From Felis catus (lineage: Eukaryota): a stretch of DNA of 64,000 nt. Below the pieces are notes generated by a model. The model did no database searches and was not told where the DNA came from. It saw only the letters and a list, made by a program, of their open reading frames with translations. The stretch is from NCBI RefSeq assembly GCF_018350175.1, contig NC_058372.1, forward strand, positions 99,202,001 through 99,266,000, given 5' to 3'. Positions 50,290-64,000 of the stretch are shown here, one piece after another; position 1 is the first letter of the stretch; every line of letters begins with the position of its first letter. Made by a program: the position numbers and the translations under genes.

Positions 50290-51460
50290 AGCCCTCAGGT
50301 CCTGGAGGAAGCAAACGAAAACCTCTTTTAGAGTAAATAATTCTAATTTAGGCCCTCAGCACTCCCACAGATGAAGCAAAATGAGTTCAAAATCAAACAT
50401 TACCAAACAGCAAGAAAATAAGCCACAACATGTAAGAGAAAGCAGGAAGAACAGACAATACATTTATACTTCCAGGGCTTTAGCACTGGAATTATCAAAC
50501 GCAAATTTTTTAATACCATATATGAAATATTCCAAGACGGAATCATAGTTGTAACAGTACCAAGAGACCAAGAAATATGACCAGGCAGATTTGAAAAAGA
50601 GACAAGTAAAACATTTATGAGTAAAACATATAATTGTTGAAATGAACAACTCAGTGGCTGGATTAAACAGTAAAGAAGACAAAGTTGAAAAGAGAGTTAA
50701 CTAACGTGTCTGAAAAAATTGCCCAGAGATACAGGAAGATAGAAAATATGAAAGAAGATGGAATGAGAAACTTTAATATGCTGATCAGAAGAGTCCCAGA
50801 AAGACCAGAGAGAATAGGGGAAAGGCATTATTCAAAGAGATAATGAATTAGAATGTCCGAAATGAAAAGTGATATGAATCCAGGGACAGAGGAGCACAAC
50901 ACAGACCATGCAGGATTAAAAAAAATTTTTTAATCTATACTCAGACACATTGTCGTAAAACTGCAGAGTGCTAAACTCAAAAAAGAAGATCTTGAAGGCA
51001 ACAAGCAGAAAAAAGGCAGATCACCTACAAAGAAGCAATCAGGTTGTCAGCAGACACCTATAAAGGTGTCAGCAGAAACAGAAACCAGAAAATGGTAAAA
51101 TAATACCTTCAAGGTGATAAGAGAAAATAACCGAGAATTACATGTGCCACAAAACTACTTTTAAGAATGAGTGTGGAATAGGGGCACCTGGGTGGCTCGG
51201 TCGGTTAAGTGTCTGACTTCGGCTCAGGTCATGATCTCCCGGGTTCGTGAGTTCTCCCCCACAGCGGGCTCTGTGATGACAGCTCGGAGCCTGGAGCCTG
51301 CTTCAGATTCTGTATCTCCCTCTCTCTCTGCCCCTCCCCTGTATCCTCTGTCTCTCTCTCTCAAAGATAAATAAATATTGAAAAAAAAAAGAATCAGTGT
51401 GGAATAAATACTTTTTAGATAAACATGATATGTGAACCAAAAAGTGAACAATATGAAGGG
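50290..51460 (+). mobile_element. Ancient L1M ORF1-region relic with a SINE (51181-51390)
   Basis: A-rich L1 ORF1-like phrases; SINE TSD AAGAAT(G/C)AGTGTGGAATA. Confidence 0.65.
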
Positions 51461-52579
51461 TGCTATGTTTAAGCTTCTTTCTGGGCATCATACCAGGAAT
51501 GCTTTTTTGTGAAAAAAGAAAAAAAAATTTAAGCAGGAGTTTAACATTTACTTAGTTGAGTGACAAAGAAGGTTTTTGGTGTTCCTGACTCCATGGGAAT
51601 TCAGGAAACAATTGAGTTATTGGTGGTTTAAAATGTCAGAGAGCAGTAATCACAATGTGCTTCCCACTCTCAATTACTTCAAGCATTGTCTGATTTTGAG
51701 GCTATTCTTGAGAACTAAAATGTTTTTCTAGTATATATTGTGCAGTTTCCACGTGCTCAGTATGACTAATGCATTAGTCACAAGTTACAGTATGAGAGAC
51801 TCAAGAAAAGACAGTCTTGGTCTCTGGAATGACTTTCTTCCCAATACTTAGTCTTCCTGCTCCCCATCCAAAGAATTATTGTTCCCTCTGAGACTGGCTC
51901 TCTTCTGGGCAGAGTACTCTATTCCAGAGTATAACCTGCTGCTCCTTGAAGATTTTACTCCAGTAAAAAGCTCCATCATCCTTCTTGGGCAGACATTCTC
52001 CCTGTAGTTCTCCTTCCTTTCCCTATAATCTCTTGTCTAATGTGTGAGCCCAGCTATTAGAGAAAAGAAAGGGGGAGACAAGAGAAAAAATTAGGTGGGG
52101 TTAACACAACTTGAATGAAGATATTTTAAGATGTTTTTGTAATATGGAAAAGCAGCAACCGACCCAAGCATCCACCAATTAGGAACCAGTTAAGCAAACT
52201 TCAGCATCTGAAAAAAGAAGACGGAATATGATCTTGCCATGACTGATGATAAATGCAAGCCTGTGTGGACTGTGGCTCCATGTGGATTATGAGATTGCAT
52301 CAAACTACTCTATAAACTAATGTCAGACTGATAAGCATAAATTACAGACTCAATTACGTACAAGGGTTACAATTATGTAAGAGACATGCAGATACACAGC
52401 TAAGAATTTTAAAAGAATAGTTTTCTAACTGATTACTAAATTTATTATTTATTAGAATTTATTAGTAAATTTATGGTGAAAGTTTTTATGTTGTTTTCAT
52501 TGCCTCCATGAATTCTTACATGTTTTTCCATAGAAAAGATACATCTTTATTTAAAATGGCAGACTAAAAAAATAAGGTA

Positions 52580-53320
52580 AATATATGAGAGAACAAACAG
52601 GAGACAGAAACCACACAGTAATTTCTACGAGGAAAGTTAACTATAAAGAATTATTAATAGGGAATTGGAGTAACAAGAGATTGGCTAGTAAGAAGTAAAG
52701 AGAGCTCGAAAGAAAACAGTAGTAGCCGACACAAAGAACAGCTATCACCCTTATGGCTGAGATAGAACATTGAGGAAGAGGCCACCACCTCCCAGGGCTG
52801 AGATCTAGACCTTATTGGAGAGGGTACAGATGTGGTTCTCTGAATGTTGGAAAAGTTCAGAAGGGGCTGCACTGGTGGGACTTTCCAGAAACCTGCTGTC
52901 TGGAGTGTTGAGGAAGCCATCCATTGAGTGAGATACCATGCCCCAGAAATCACTACAAACCAATCCTATGGGATTCCAGGGAAGTCATCCAAGGGGAGAC
53001 ACCCTACCTTTGGCCACTCTCTTGTGAACCTCCTGTGAGGGTTCCAGCAGACATCATTCAAAGGGAGATGCCCAGGGTAACTGCCTACAGGAAGGAAAAA
53101 GCTATGCATGCTACAGGATCCTGACAAAGCAAGCCCCCCGGAACCAGAAAGAGAAGCCCCAACCTTTCACAGTTTCCCTTTAGGACCCTCTGCTGACAAA
53201 ACTTACCACCACACTTGCTGGCAAAGGAGAACTGCTAATAAGGTCCAGGTCCATTATTGCAGAGCAGGTAATGAAGGGTGAATTGGGACCTGAGAGACAA
53301 TAAACTGGCAACTGTCACAG
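52580..53320 (-). mobile_element. Ancient solo LTR (LTR78/79-like)
   Basis: Recognisable terminal phrase ...GAGACAATAAACTGGCAACTGTCACA and GGAGACAGAAACCACA. Confidence 0.5.
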
Positions 53321-53699
53321 GGAATTAAGCTGATGGCTACACCTATGTTCATTGGTTTGCCCTGGATTTTCCTATTAGAGAGCCAAGCCCATGCAGGAAG
53401 CTTGAGCTGCCGAGCGAACAGGTTCTTAGCCTCCTTCTGTGCAATAGCTTTAATGAAAGTCCACTGCCTTTCCATATGAATCATTCCTACTCTACCCAAG
53501 GCAGGCTGGACCAAATGGATCTCCCAGTCTTAGGATTTAAAATATATATTTAACAATACTGATATGTCTGTTAGTGGCATCAAGAAAAATAATGAATTAA
53601 GAATACTGTAAGGATGAATTAAGAATCATGAACAATGGATATGTTTCGTAGTTAAATAAATGCCAATCGTGGTTGTAAAATTTCTGCAACATACTCCCT

Positions 53700-53930
53700 G
53701 ACAATGTAGCGAACAAGAGCCTGGGCTCTGAGCTGCTTACTAACTGTGCAACCTGGGGCAAACTACATCACCTCTCTGTGCCTCGGTTTTCCCATCTGAA
53801 AGCAGACATAATGATAGTACCCACTTCAGAGGATTGCTGGGAGGATTAAGTGAGTTAATGGCAAAGCTCTTTGGACAAGGTAGCACATCGCACCTAGTAA
53901 GCACTGTATCTGTCAGCTATAATTATTCAT
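53700..53930. mobile_element. MIR
   Basis: CCTCTCTGTGCCTCGGTTTTCCCATCTG...GGATTAAGTGAGTTAAT. Confidence 0.75.
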
Positions 53931-56900
53931 ATCTGAGAACAGGTACACCCAGACTGATTCAGGCCAGACCCCTCTCCAGTCCCCTACACTTTGTCCCACT
54001 CTCCTTCCATAAGATGTTCCTCACAAATACTGTTCCTAAGAGGCACACAGACACAGCCCGACCACTGAATCGTGCTGCGTGGCCCATCAGTTCCACTGGT
54101 CACGCAGGACACAGGCTCACTCTTCTGTCATCAATGCTGGACAGAAAGGCTGAAAGCCAAAACAAGTAAACTGGCCCCCACATAACTGATCCAAACGGCC
54201 TGGGGCCTGGCACTGACAGTGGAAGAGCCTGAAAGGAAAAACAACCAAAAACAACGCACAGGCCTGTCTTTGTCATGACCGCCCCAGCTCACAGCCAGGC
54301 GTGGAAACAGAGCAGCTTTATGAGAAAATGCCTTTCTTTCCCCGCGGTAATTGAATCCAGTTGTGGGTTGAGGTCGTACATTAGTGGGGCTTAAGAAAGG
54401 TTTACTTCTTAGATACATCTACTCCAGCTGAACAATCTTTTCTTTCTGTTAAATTCTCTTTCCGCGGGGTGTTAAAGCATCCACGGACGATATAACGCTC
54501 TGGAATCTGGCTCCCACACTCACCCCAGAGATATATTGGCAATCCTCTAGGTGTTTCAAAAACTAAACTCGTGGGTGAAGTCCAAGGCGTCCCTCTGGAT
54601 ACTGAATTCCACTTTATAGCAAACAGTGTTTGGGGCAGTTTTAGGGTAGCTGAATGTTCAGAACACATTAGATCGACTTCAACATAATTCCCCTTCAAGG
54701 GGGCTCTCTTTGGCTGATTACCATTTTTCTCCCGGAAAACCCTTACAGGGGAAGTTTGCTCGAGGCTAGGACTGGATGTTTCAGAGTCAGATTTGGTTGC
54801 ATCTTGTCCTATGGCCATTGATGCCTGTTGACAGCAGGCTTTGCTCTGTTAATGAAACGGAACAGTCCCTGTTCGAGCAACTCCCACCCACATGAGGACA
54901 GCAAGTCTTACGCCACCCAGCTAGAGTCCTGCCCCACAGCCTTAGGGGCACAGATACAAAGTTCGTAGCCAGAAGCTCCTCAGTAAAGCATGCTGTTTAA
55001 ACTTTGTAATTATTTTCATAGTCTTGCAATGATGAAATGCTCCATACGGGAAGTAGAGTGGGGTATGGGTTAGGTTAGAGTAAATTTCTTTTAATAGACA
55101 TGAAATCAAAAAAGGTTGGGCATCCACCCTGTGGCACAAGAGTCTGATATGCAGAGGTTACACCGTGTGGCAGCGTCTTCTGTCCTCAGGCTAGGAGCTT
55201 CCGTCTTCCAGGTTTCCCCTGGGAAAGGCTTTCCACCCATACAGGTCAAGGGGATGAATGGCTCACTCACACACCTTGGGGACATGGACTAGAGGAACCA
55301 CCCACAAAGGTGTGAGCGGGTGTGGGGAAGCCACAGGGATGGGTGGTGCGACGGCATGGGGCTAGCGACAGTGGGCACAGTTGCCACCCTTTGCCTGAGG
55401 ATTGAAGGCAACTAACAGTTACTAGTCCCAGAGAGAAAAAGCAGTGACACAGACCAACCAGGGCAATTCTACAGCGAGGAGCCGGAGAACCGGGACCGCT
55501 ACCACACAGAGACTTGCTCCCCTACAGGGGATTTCCACTGGTGGAGCCACCAGAAGCTGGGGGGGGGGGGTGGGCAACGGGGCCTCTAGATGGCCCTGTA
55601 CAGGTCAGCCTCTCAGGCATGAGCAGGGCAGAGAACGGATGTGGGAGAGCCAGTGCGCGACACCCAGCGCATACACCACACCCAAAGCTCCCAGAAGGCA
55701 GGCACTAGGTTTTACTCACCTATATTCAAATGCCTGGCACATGGTGCATTTCTTTTTCTGAACAAATGTAGGAAAGAGTGAATGAGAGTGCACCTGCATC
55801 CATGAAAATTATCAGTGGCAGATGAAAAGTGAGTCAGGGCCAGGGACGATAGCACCGAACCAGAAACTTTCACAGGACAGAGAAGGCTCTGTGGACTACA
55901 ATAAGTAGAAATGGCTTCATGGAGAAAGTAGGAAAGCTGGGTCTTAAAGGAAATGCATGGCTAGATCCGTGGGGACACCATTCCAGGTGGAGGAAACAGG
56001 ACGAGCAAGAACCCAGAGCCACGTGTTAAGGAAACAGTAGCCCCGTGTGGCCAAAGCGGGAGGTTTATGCAGAGACCAGGAGCCGTCAATGGGGACCAAG
56101 TTACAGAGGGCACGGGGCGGGGGGGCCAAGAAGCCTGGAATCGTTTTGCATGCAGTGAGCAGGCACTAAGACCTGGACAGCGGAGCAGGCAGTGGGCAGA
56201 CCAAGAGAGACAAAGACCAAAGGTTCCGGATAGGGACACCTGTAGCGGGAATGAGAAGGAAAGGAGAGAGGTGCACCAAGTGAGAGAGAAGCAAAAGACT
56301 TGGTGCGTTGCTGTGGGGGTGGGGGTGGGGGGCGAACAGACCGTGACCGAGAGAGGCTCAGGGGCCGGGGAATTACAGCGTTGGCGGTGGAGGACCCTGT
56401 CAGAGCTGTGCTCTCCCCGAGGGCCACCCTACTCAGCAGTCATGTCTGTGGCCACAGGAAAACTGCGTGGAGTGTGGACTTTTGGAGGACACTGCCTCCC
56501 CAGCATGCCAGCCCCACTCCCCTCCTTCAGGCCTCAAAATAGTACCTCAGCTCTGGCCGGGACGAGGATCCTGGCTTACATCCATCTCTGCCAGGGTTGG
56601 GAAGACAGATATCTCTGTCCCCTGGCGAGCCTGGCCCGCAGTAAGGCCCACCTGTCACTGGAATTCAGAAGGATTGGGATGGTTGAAATCAGCAACTAAT
56701 GTGCATCACAGTTGTGAGGGGCAGGCCCACCTCCGGGCCTCCCCAGAGCCCTTCCCTTTGCCACTTGCTACCCCCCTCGGTCCCAGGCTCCCCTATCACC
56801 TGGCCCGTGTGGATTAGCACAAGGTGCATGCTCCCAGGGAGGATTTCTGCCCCCACCTCCAAGAACAGTTTTTCATTGGGAGCTTTCAAAGTTTGAGGAG

Positions 56901-57069
56901 AGGACTTCTTTGGGACATAAAGTTTGCTATTTTAACCCTCTTTAAATGTATGTTTCAGTGGCGTTAATTACAGCCACTTACTTTTCAGTGTTTTGTCATT
57001 TGGTTTCCACCCTCTCTCCCCTGTCCTGTGTGCATTCTCTCAAAGATCGGCAGCATCCGACGTCAACCT

Positions 57070-57950
57070 TCTCTGTCCCTTCACCAACTTGGATGCTACT
57101 GACCACTCCCTTCTTAAAACTCTTCCCTCGGCTTCCCAGACCCCTGTTCTTTTCTGGTTGGTCTGTTTCTCTAACCCCTTCTTCCCATTCCCTAAATCAA
57201 GATTCTTTAAGGGCCTGCTCTGTTCCCCTTAGTTTTGACTGCTCCCCTGGAAATCTCTCATATTCTTATCCAGCGTCATGGCTCCAACCAACCCCTCAAT
57301 GCAGGTGGCATGGTCTAAAAGCTTGGCTAATAGTTTAAGCCTCTGAGTCGTAGGTGCACACATCCAGTCACCTTCTAAGCAACCCCGCCTACATGTCCCA
57401 TTGACAACCCCAAACTCAGCATGTCCCAAAGGGGTCTCGTGGTCTCTTCTTTTAAGCTTGTGCTTCCTGGTGTCCTCCCCGTATCTGTACATGGCACTAC
57501 AATCCTCCCACTCACCCTGTGCAGAAGTGTTGGCAAGATCTTTGCCTTCCATATGCACCCTGATCCTGTAGCTTTTGTCTCTACAGTAGCTGTCCCCCGC
57601 TCCTGTGACATCTTTTCCATTCTCACCCTCTCCAGATGCTAATTCCCGCCTTCCCGAGTCAGCCTGGCAGACCCTGGGGGACCCCTCACAGGTTTCCCCG
57701 CCTCCACTCTCTCTACTTTCCATTCTGTTTCATATACTGTGAATAAATTGCTCACTTCAAACACAGTTCTGATCCACCTCACCAAAAGCCCTTGGGAGCA
57801 CCTGCTACTTTGAAAATAAAGCCTAAACTCCTCAGCTGAACCTTCAATGCCCTCCCTGAACTGACATTGACCTCCTCCTGACCGCCACATCCCCTTTGCT
57901 CCAGCCAAGCAGATGAACTGTCTGTCCTCTGGACACATCCCACACTTCCT
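57070..57950. mobile_element. L2 fragment
   Basis: L2-like phrases (GACCACTCCCTTCTTAAAAC, AAACTCAGCATGTCCCAAA). Confidence 0.65.
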
Positions 57951-59055
57951 TCCTTACCTTACCCCATTCAAAATATGGGCTTCATAGTTTTCTAAAAGAC
58001 CTCTTTTCTCTCTTTTAAAATATGAGTAACAAAATAAGAGATACTGACTAAAGAGGAGACTGCCAAATTCCACAAAGTGGAATCACCCACCTCCTATTTC
58101 CTGTACCAAACAGAAAACACGCTCCAGATTATTCTTATCTGACAGGGTTACAAACAGAGCTTTGTTTGCTCATGGAATTCACCAGCTTGGAGTGGATCCG
58201 TCCCCTTTTGAGGGCTCAGACATTTTCTTGGTGACTCACCTGTTGGGGAAAGCATCAATTTTCCTGCTCCAAATTTCTGTAACAGAAAGGGGACTCTGGG
58301 AGCAGATAAGACGGTAACAAAAACTATCACTTCCAACGTGAAACCTCGCGAGTGAGAGGTTCGGGAAACCGAAAACATTGGCGATGCGACGCAAAAATGA
58401 AAAGAAAACCAGCCCGCAGAAATACGTGGAGGGCCAAAGAGAACAGACTGTAACTTGCTCCATTGAGTGCTGCCTTCTTGTGCATTTCAGTTCCGAAGCC
58501 CTTGGCCTTACCAAGAGATGGCATCAGAATGCTTTTACAAAGCCCACACACACCTCACCGTCCAGGCACACCGAAAGGAAAGTTCTTTTGGAAAACCTAG
58601 GTGTGGCATCCTTTAATCCATTTGAAAAGACCCAAGTAGTGCACCTTTTGGTCAAAACAGTATCTGAAATTTTAGACTCTTCTTTTAAATCCCTTGTCCA
58701 TTCAGTATTATTTCCATCCCTGTGGCCATTGAGATGTTCAAAAGCAACTGAAGCTGTGGCTTCTAAAGCTGCAAAAGCATTCTGAGCACTAAAATCCCTC
58801 AGAAATTCAGCCACACATAGGTTTAGGGAATTCGACGTTTCCTTGGCAGAAAAAGACACCCTGGCGTATACAACCTGAATACTTGAATCATTTAGGGGGA
58901 GCTACTAGTTGGGTCACTCTGGGAAAATTATTTACCCTCCCTCAGCCTCAGTTTCCTCATCTTTAAAATGGGATTATTATTTGCAGAGTTGTGGTAGGAT
59001 TAAAAATAACATGTAAAGAGCCTAGTGCACAACCTGGCACTGAAAAAGTTCTCTA

Positions 59056-59276
59056 GGGGCGCCTGGGTGGCGCAGTCGGTTAAGCGTCTGACTTCAGCCA
59101 GGTCACGATCTCGCGGTCTGTGAGTTCGAGCCCCGCGTCAGGCTCTGGGCTGATGGCTCGGAGCCTGGAGCCTGTTTCCGATGCTGTGTCTCCCTCTCTC
59201 TCTGCCCCTCCCCCGTTCATGCTCTGTCTCTCTCTGTCCCAAAAATAAATAAAAAACGTTGAAAAAAAAAAAAAAA
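59056..59276 (+). mobile_element. Young SINEC_Fc-type SINE inserted in a MIR (~58895-59050)
   Basis: CpG-rich, long A-tail, TSD GAAAAAGTTCTC. Confidence 0.95.
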
Positions 59277-60793
59277 GAAAAAGTTCTCATTAATAGTGAA
59301 ATTATTTTTAACACTATACATTTGGTTGAAAAAGACTAGGTTATCCTTCATTCAAAATCTTCTTTTGTTTACAAGCACACGAGGGTTTTTTTCTTGAAAG
59401 AGAAGAAAACAAAAACAAAAACCTTGTAGTATTAACTAAGCTAATGTATGTCCTCAGATTTAATATTTAATTTATTTCCAGTCACTCCTCAGGTAGGACC
59501 CCGACACTCAAAAGCAAAATGCTCTCACATAATTTATTTTGTCATAGTTTCTCCTGCTATATACAAGCATCCCACTACATTCCCAGGACATTCCCACTGT
59601 TCCCAGCACAGAGCTCGAGTTTCATCAATTTTCATCCTTCGATCCACCACTCTCCTAGTTTTACCTCCTGTGTGCTGGGTGACGCCTCACCCCAACTCCA
59701 GGGCTCAGAGAAGTGGCCCAGATGTGGCCAATTAAAACGCCGTATTCTCTGGCCACAGTCATTGGTTCAGAGATGAGCACGTGACCTTAATGAATCCAGT
59801 GAGAGAGTCACTAGGGAACTGTGGGAACCACTAGAAAAGATACTCGTCTCTGCCCTAGACAAATCTGAGACGGTGTGAAGCTGAGGCCAGTGCAGGCGTG
59901 TTATCATCACATGGCCCTTAGGAAACTAGTACAAAGGCGGGCTGAGAAATGGAGAGAAGGTTCAAAGCCCCAAGACGGAATGGGGTTTGAGCACGGGTTG
60001 GGGACGGTGGGAATAATCCAGAGTTGAAATGGCAGAAGGGGCAAAGGATGAAGAAATTAAAGGGTGAAAGAGAAAAGAGGAGACTAGAGAAAGAAGGGGT
60101 AGATTAAATAGGTGAACAGAAGGAAGAAGAGGACAAAGCAGCTTCTCCAGCCTCAGAGGTCCTGCCCTTTTTGTCCCCCCCACTTCTTCTGGTCCTCCGC
60201 CATCACAGAAATTCAGTGACTAGCCATAAAAATGTGCAACCTCCCTGCCTCAGCTTCCTTCTTGGAATTTATGCAAAGGAAATTATAAAGAATATGCACA
60301 AGGATTTATGTGGAAGAGTGTTCATTCATTGCACTTTATTTAGGAGAACAGTAAGTTGTGAACAATATAAATGTCTTATAATATGTGCCCACAATATCAA
60401 TCCATTTTGTGTTTGTGTGTGTCTATATATAATTCATACGCCCATCCAATCTGGGAGAAAATACACAAAAATGTTATTAACAGTGGCTGTTCGATGGTGA
60501 GATTATAAGAGGTATGTATTTATTATTTATTTATCCATTCACATACCTGTATGTTCTAATTTATTCAACTAATTCAACTGCAATTATTTGCAGTGTAAAA
60601 AGGAAATAAAATAACCAAGTATAAAAGCTTCAACTGGGGTAGAGATCAGCTGCTATTGACCTGCTGTGAAGGGGTCTTCCCAGGAGAGAGACATACCCCA
60701 CTCTACTCTCAGGCAGAGATTGCTGGACCAGATCACTCTCTCACGTTTTTCTTCCAGCCAGACAGACCATGCATTAAAGAACAGCCAGCTGCC

Positions 60794-61006
60794 GGGGCAC
60801 CTGGGTGGCTCAGTTGGTTAGGTGTCTGACTCTTGATTTCAGCTCAAGTCATAACCTCACATTTCATGAGTTCAAGTCCCATGTTGGGCTCTGTGCTGAC
60901 AGCACAGAGCCTGCTTGGGATTCTCTCTCTCCTTCTCTCTGTCCCTATCCCCTCCCCCCAAATAAATAAACTTTTTTTTTTTTAATTAAGAAAAAAAAAA
61001 AAAAAA
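60794..61006 (+). mobile_element. Can-SINE
   Basis: TSD AAGAACAG(CC/TT)AGCTGC. Confidence 0.9.
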
Positions 61007-61199
61007 GAACAGTTAGCTGCAGAGAAAAGTCACCAGCCTGAGGACCAGGCATGATGAGAGTTCCACAGGAGCAGGGTAAAGAAGGTGGATGGTTTCATGA
61101 GTCCCTCCCTGGCCTCATTAGCACTCACTCACTGCTGGGAAGCAGAGCACTAAGATGAAAAGTCTTCACAAAGGTAATTGTGCCTTTAGGGGAAGACAG

Positions 61200-61236
61200 T
61201 TTTTGTTTGTTTGTTTGTTTGTTTGTTTGTTTGTTT
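61200..61236. repeat. (TTTG)n microsatellite
   Basis: Perfect tetranucleotide run. Confidence 0.9.
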
Positions 61237-62409
61237 CAAGACATTAAAGCTCTTTACTTTTCTCAAACACTCTCCCCAAATGTACTACACCAAGTCTAGC
61301 TTCTCCAGTAGGTAGCAGATCTCTTAATGGCCTCTTAGGCAGATTCATAATTTTCCAGTTGTTTTCAGATATTAAGCCTTAGTAGAATTGAAAACATCCA
61401 TTCCAAACTCGGTTCTATTCTCATGTTCTCACTTCTCCCACCCTGTGCAACTTGGACCCTGATTGATTGGAGGTCTCATTCTGGGATACTGCTTACTTCT
61501 CCTTTCCCCTTCCAGGACTGGTTCCTCTGGTGTGTTGAGCTAAGATATAGGACAGGGAAGGGAGCAAGGGTCTTATATAAACAGACCACTGCTATAGCCT
61601 AGTTGTGGCAGCTGCTTCTCTGACAGACCTAAACTGACTGCTGATCCCCTCTGGGAGGCGGACACCCAAACCCTGGCTTCCCCCGGGGGATACATGTGAG
61701 TTTTTCACAGGGACGTATAAGGCAGGGATATGGTAAATCCAGGTTCAACCCTTCCATGCTCTTCAGCACCTTAAAGGCTCTGAGTTCAACCTCCCTGGGG
61801 AGTAGGAGAGAACTGACTTAGGATGGAAATGTAACAAATCCAACTACTTGCTAAGTAACATGCACATAAACCACAGAGAACTCACTCCCTAGCCTTGACA
61901 AACTGGGTGCATTCCAACTTCTCCCCACAACCCTTTGTGCCTTCTCTTCTTTCTTTAAGATGCCTCTGAGGGTCCTAATGATGTACTGGTAAATCAGAAA
62001 ATCCTTTTGTTAGTAAATTGTCCCACTGGAGAACTGCATTCTACCCCAATCTTTATTAATGATTTTCTTAGAACCCCCTCACTGGAGAAAAAATACAGCT
62101 ACCCCTATTTCTCATCCCCATGGGAAGGGGAGGAATTGCCTCTCCTCATACCCACTGTACTTCAATGACTCTTAGATCAACTTCTCTCTCTCCTTCCTCA
62201 TCTCATTACATAGAAGGTGGTGATTGGTGGTAACAGGGCCACATCTGTCTCCTCTTAGGAATCCTTGGTTCTCTGGCTCCTATAGATGTTGGCTCAAGTA
62301 TTGAGTAATTTTCTTTTCTTACTCTTGGATGCTGGTACCCAGGGCCAGGGAAACAGAAAGAGTCCCACCTAATAGCTTGCTATTTTAATGTTTGAAGTAA
62401 ATGAAGTTC

Positions 62410-63520
62410 CATTTCCAGATTTCTCCATTCCTTTGTGCAGAGGCAGAATTTTATCTGGTATTATTTTACTTCTGCCTAGAGGACTTTCTTTAACATTTCT
62501 TATAATACAGGTTTGCTAGGAATAAATTTTTTCAGTTTTTGTGTGTCTAAAAAAGTCTTCCTTTTGCATTCATTTTTGAAAGATATTTTTGCTGGGCATA
62601 GAATTTCAGATTGACAATATTTTCCTTTCAGCTCTTCAAAGATCATTGTTCCTTTGTCATGTGACTTGCTTTATTTCTGACAAGAATTCTGCTTTTATCC
62701 TTACCTGTGTTCCTCTGTCCATAACATAATTTTTTTTTCCCTCTGACTACTTTTAAGATTCTTTTTCACTAGTTTTGAGCAATTTGATTATGCTGTGCCT
62801 TGGTATAATTTCTTTCATGTTTCTTTTGCTTGAACTTCACTCTACTGAGTGCTGGATATTCTTTTGTTTTTAAGATATTATTGGGTGTCGTTCTAGGACA
62901 TGGTTACTTGGAAATAGTTGGGTCCTTTAAAGGCTTGCTTTTAAGCCTTGTTAGAAATGCCCAGAGCAGCCTTTAATCTTAGGCTAATTAGGCCTCATTC
63001 CTGAGACTTCTGAGTACTAAATGCCCTGTGAATTACAAGGTTTTCGACTCTGGCTGGTGGGAATGGGGACTATTCCCTGTGTTGGGTGAGCTCTCTGGAT
63101 TGTTCCCCATAATCCTTGTGGGGGTTCTTTCCCTGGCTTTATGGAGTTCCCTAACATGCACTTGCTGATCAGTACTCAGCTGAAGACTTGAAGGGGATGC
63201 TCTGTAGAACTCCACAGTGTTCTCTGTGTGTAGCTCCCTCCTCTCCAGTATTCTGTTCTGTGAATTCTAGCTTCATTGGTCTCCCTGGGATCCCAGCTCC
63301 ATTCCCTCTACTCAGGGATACCACTGGGACCCGCTTATATTCCCTTTCCTTGCACTGTGGTCTGGAAATTCTCTCTAGGTAGTCAGCTGGGGGCAATCAC
63401 AGGATTTTCCTCATTTGTTTCCTCTCTCCCAGGAATCACTGTCACACACTGCCAGTGGTCCAATGTCTGAAAATCATTGGTTCAATTATTTGATCTGTTT
63501 TTTCACTTGTTTCAGAATGT
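62410..63520 (-). mobile_element. Ancient L1M 5'/ORF1-region relic
   Basis: T-rich antisense L1 phrases (TTTTGAAAGATATTTTTGCTGGGCATAGAATT). Confidence 0.7.
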
Positions 63521-64000
63521 TGGTTTGAATGTGCATTTCCTGAAATTCTCAGAATCTGAATGTTAGCTCTTAAATGGGCTTTAGAAATCAGTTAATCCCA
63601 TACTTCCCATTCACCAGTGAAGAAACTGAGGTGGGAAAGGACCTGCCTGAGTTTGTGGCAGACCCTGAGCTGGGCCAGTTCTCCTGACTTCAGATGAAAG
63701 TTGTTTTGAAAGAAATGAGCTCCCAGAAGAAAAGAGGGGGCTCGAGGAATTTAAATCAAGGCTCCTTTTGTGTCAAAAAGTAGAGTCAATTGCTCTCACT
63801 GTCCTCATTTCAACATTTGCCATGTTTAATGCCTTCATTGATGTTGGCCCCTTCCCTCAGTTTCTCATTAATGAAGAGGTTCTCATTCCTTGCCAACATC
63901 CCCTACCAACTCAGTCTTCTAGAAGGATATTGTGGCATCTCAGAACCAAGAAAAGGCAGATAGTAGAACTGGAATGTCAGCTCACACCCCAAAGACTTTC

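Noticed and set aside
999..51491. Many recurrent short ORFs like AQSVKRPTSAQVMISR...SVLTAQSLEPASDSVS
   Set aside because: Translations of Can-SINE copies, not a gene family
56067..56699. 210-aa ORF
   Set aside because: No recognisable domain, partly overlaps L2-like sequence, GC-rich chance ORF
58378..58859. Overlapping 111-135 aa ORFs
   Set aside because: Non-ATG track starts and no recognisable homology or exon structure; a BLAST/PhyloCSF check would settle it
1..64000. CRISPR array, prokaryotic operon, numt or other foreign insert
   Set aside because: No regularly spaced direct repeats, gene-dense block or mitochondrial-like sequence seen; composition is consistent with felid nuclear DNA throughout

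Overview
Mammalian genomic DNA from a felid, judged from about 40 tRNA-derived Can-SINEs of the feline SINEC_Fc type. It holds the 5' part of SLC22A16 (organic cation/carnitine transporter CT2/OCT6) on the minus strand. Coding exon 1 (21693-21745) lies in a CpG-island promoter and coding exon 2 (7477-7956) follows; both have canonical splice sites in matching phase. Later exons were not found and presumably lie left of the window. The remaining ~42 kb is upstream intergenic DNA dominated by SINE, L1, L2, MIR, LTR and DNA-transposon relics. The most notable oddities are: a 35-nt 5' half of tRNA-Cys(GCA) retroposed without a tail between 18-bp target-site duplications; a ~280-bp local inverted duplication 2-3 kb upstream of the promoter; a possible in-frame alternative first exon; a nested L1/ERV-L/solo-LTR pile in intron 1; and a CpG-rich distal element with a consensus splice donor. 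I see no convincing novel multi-gene system. Repeat subfamily names come from recognition by eye and repeat boundaries are approximate.
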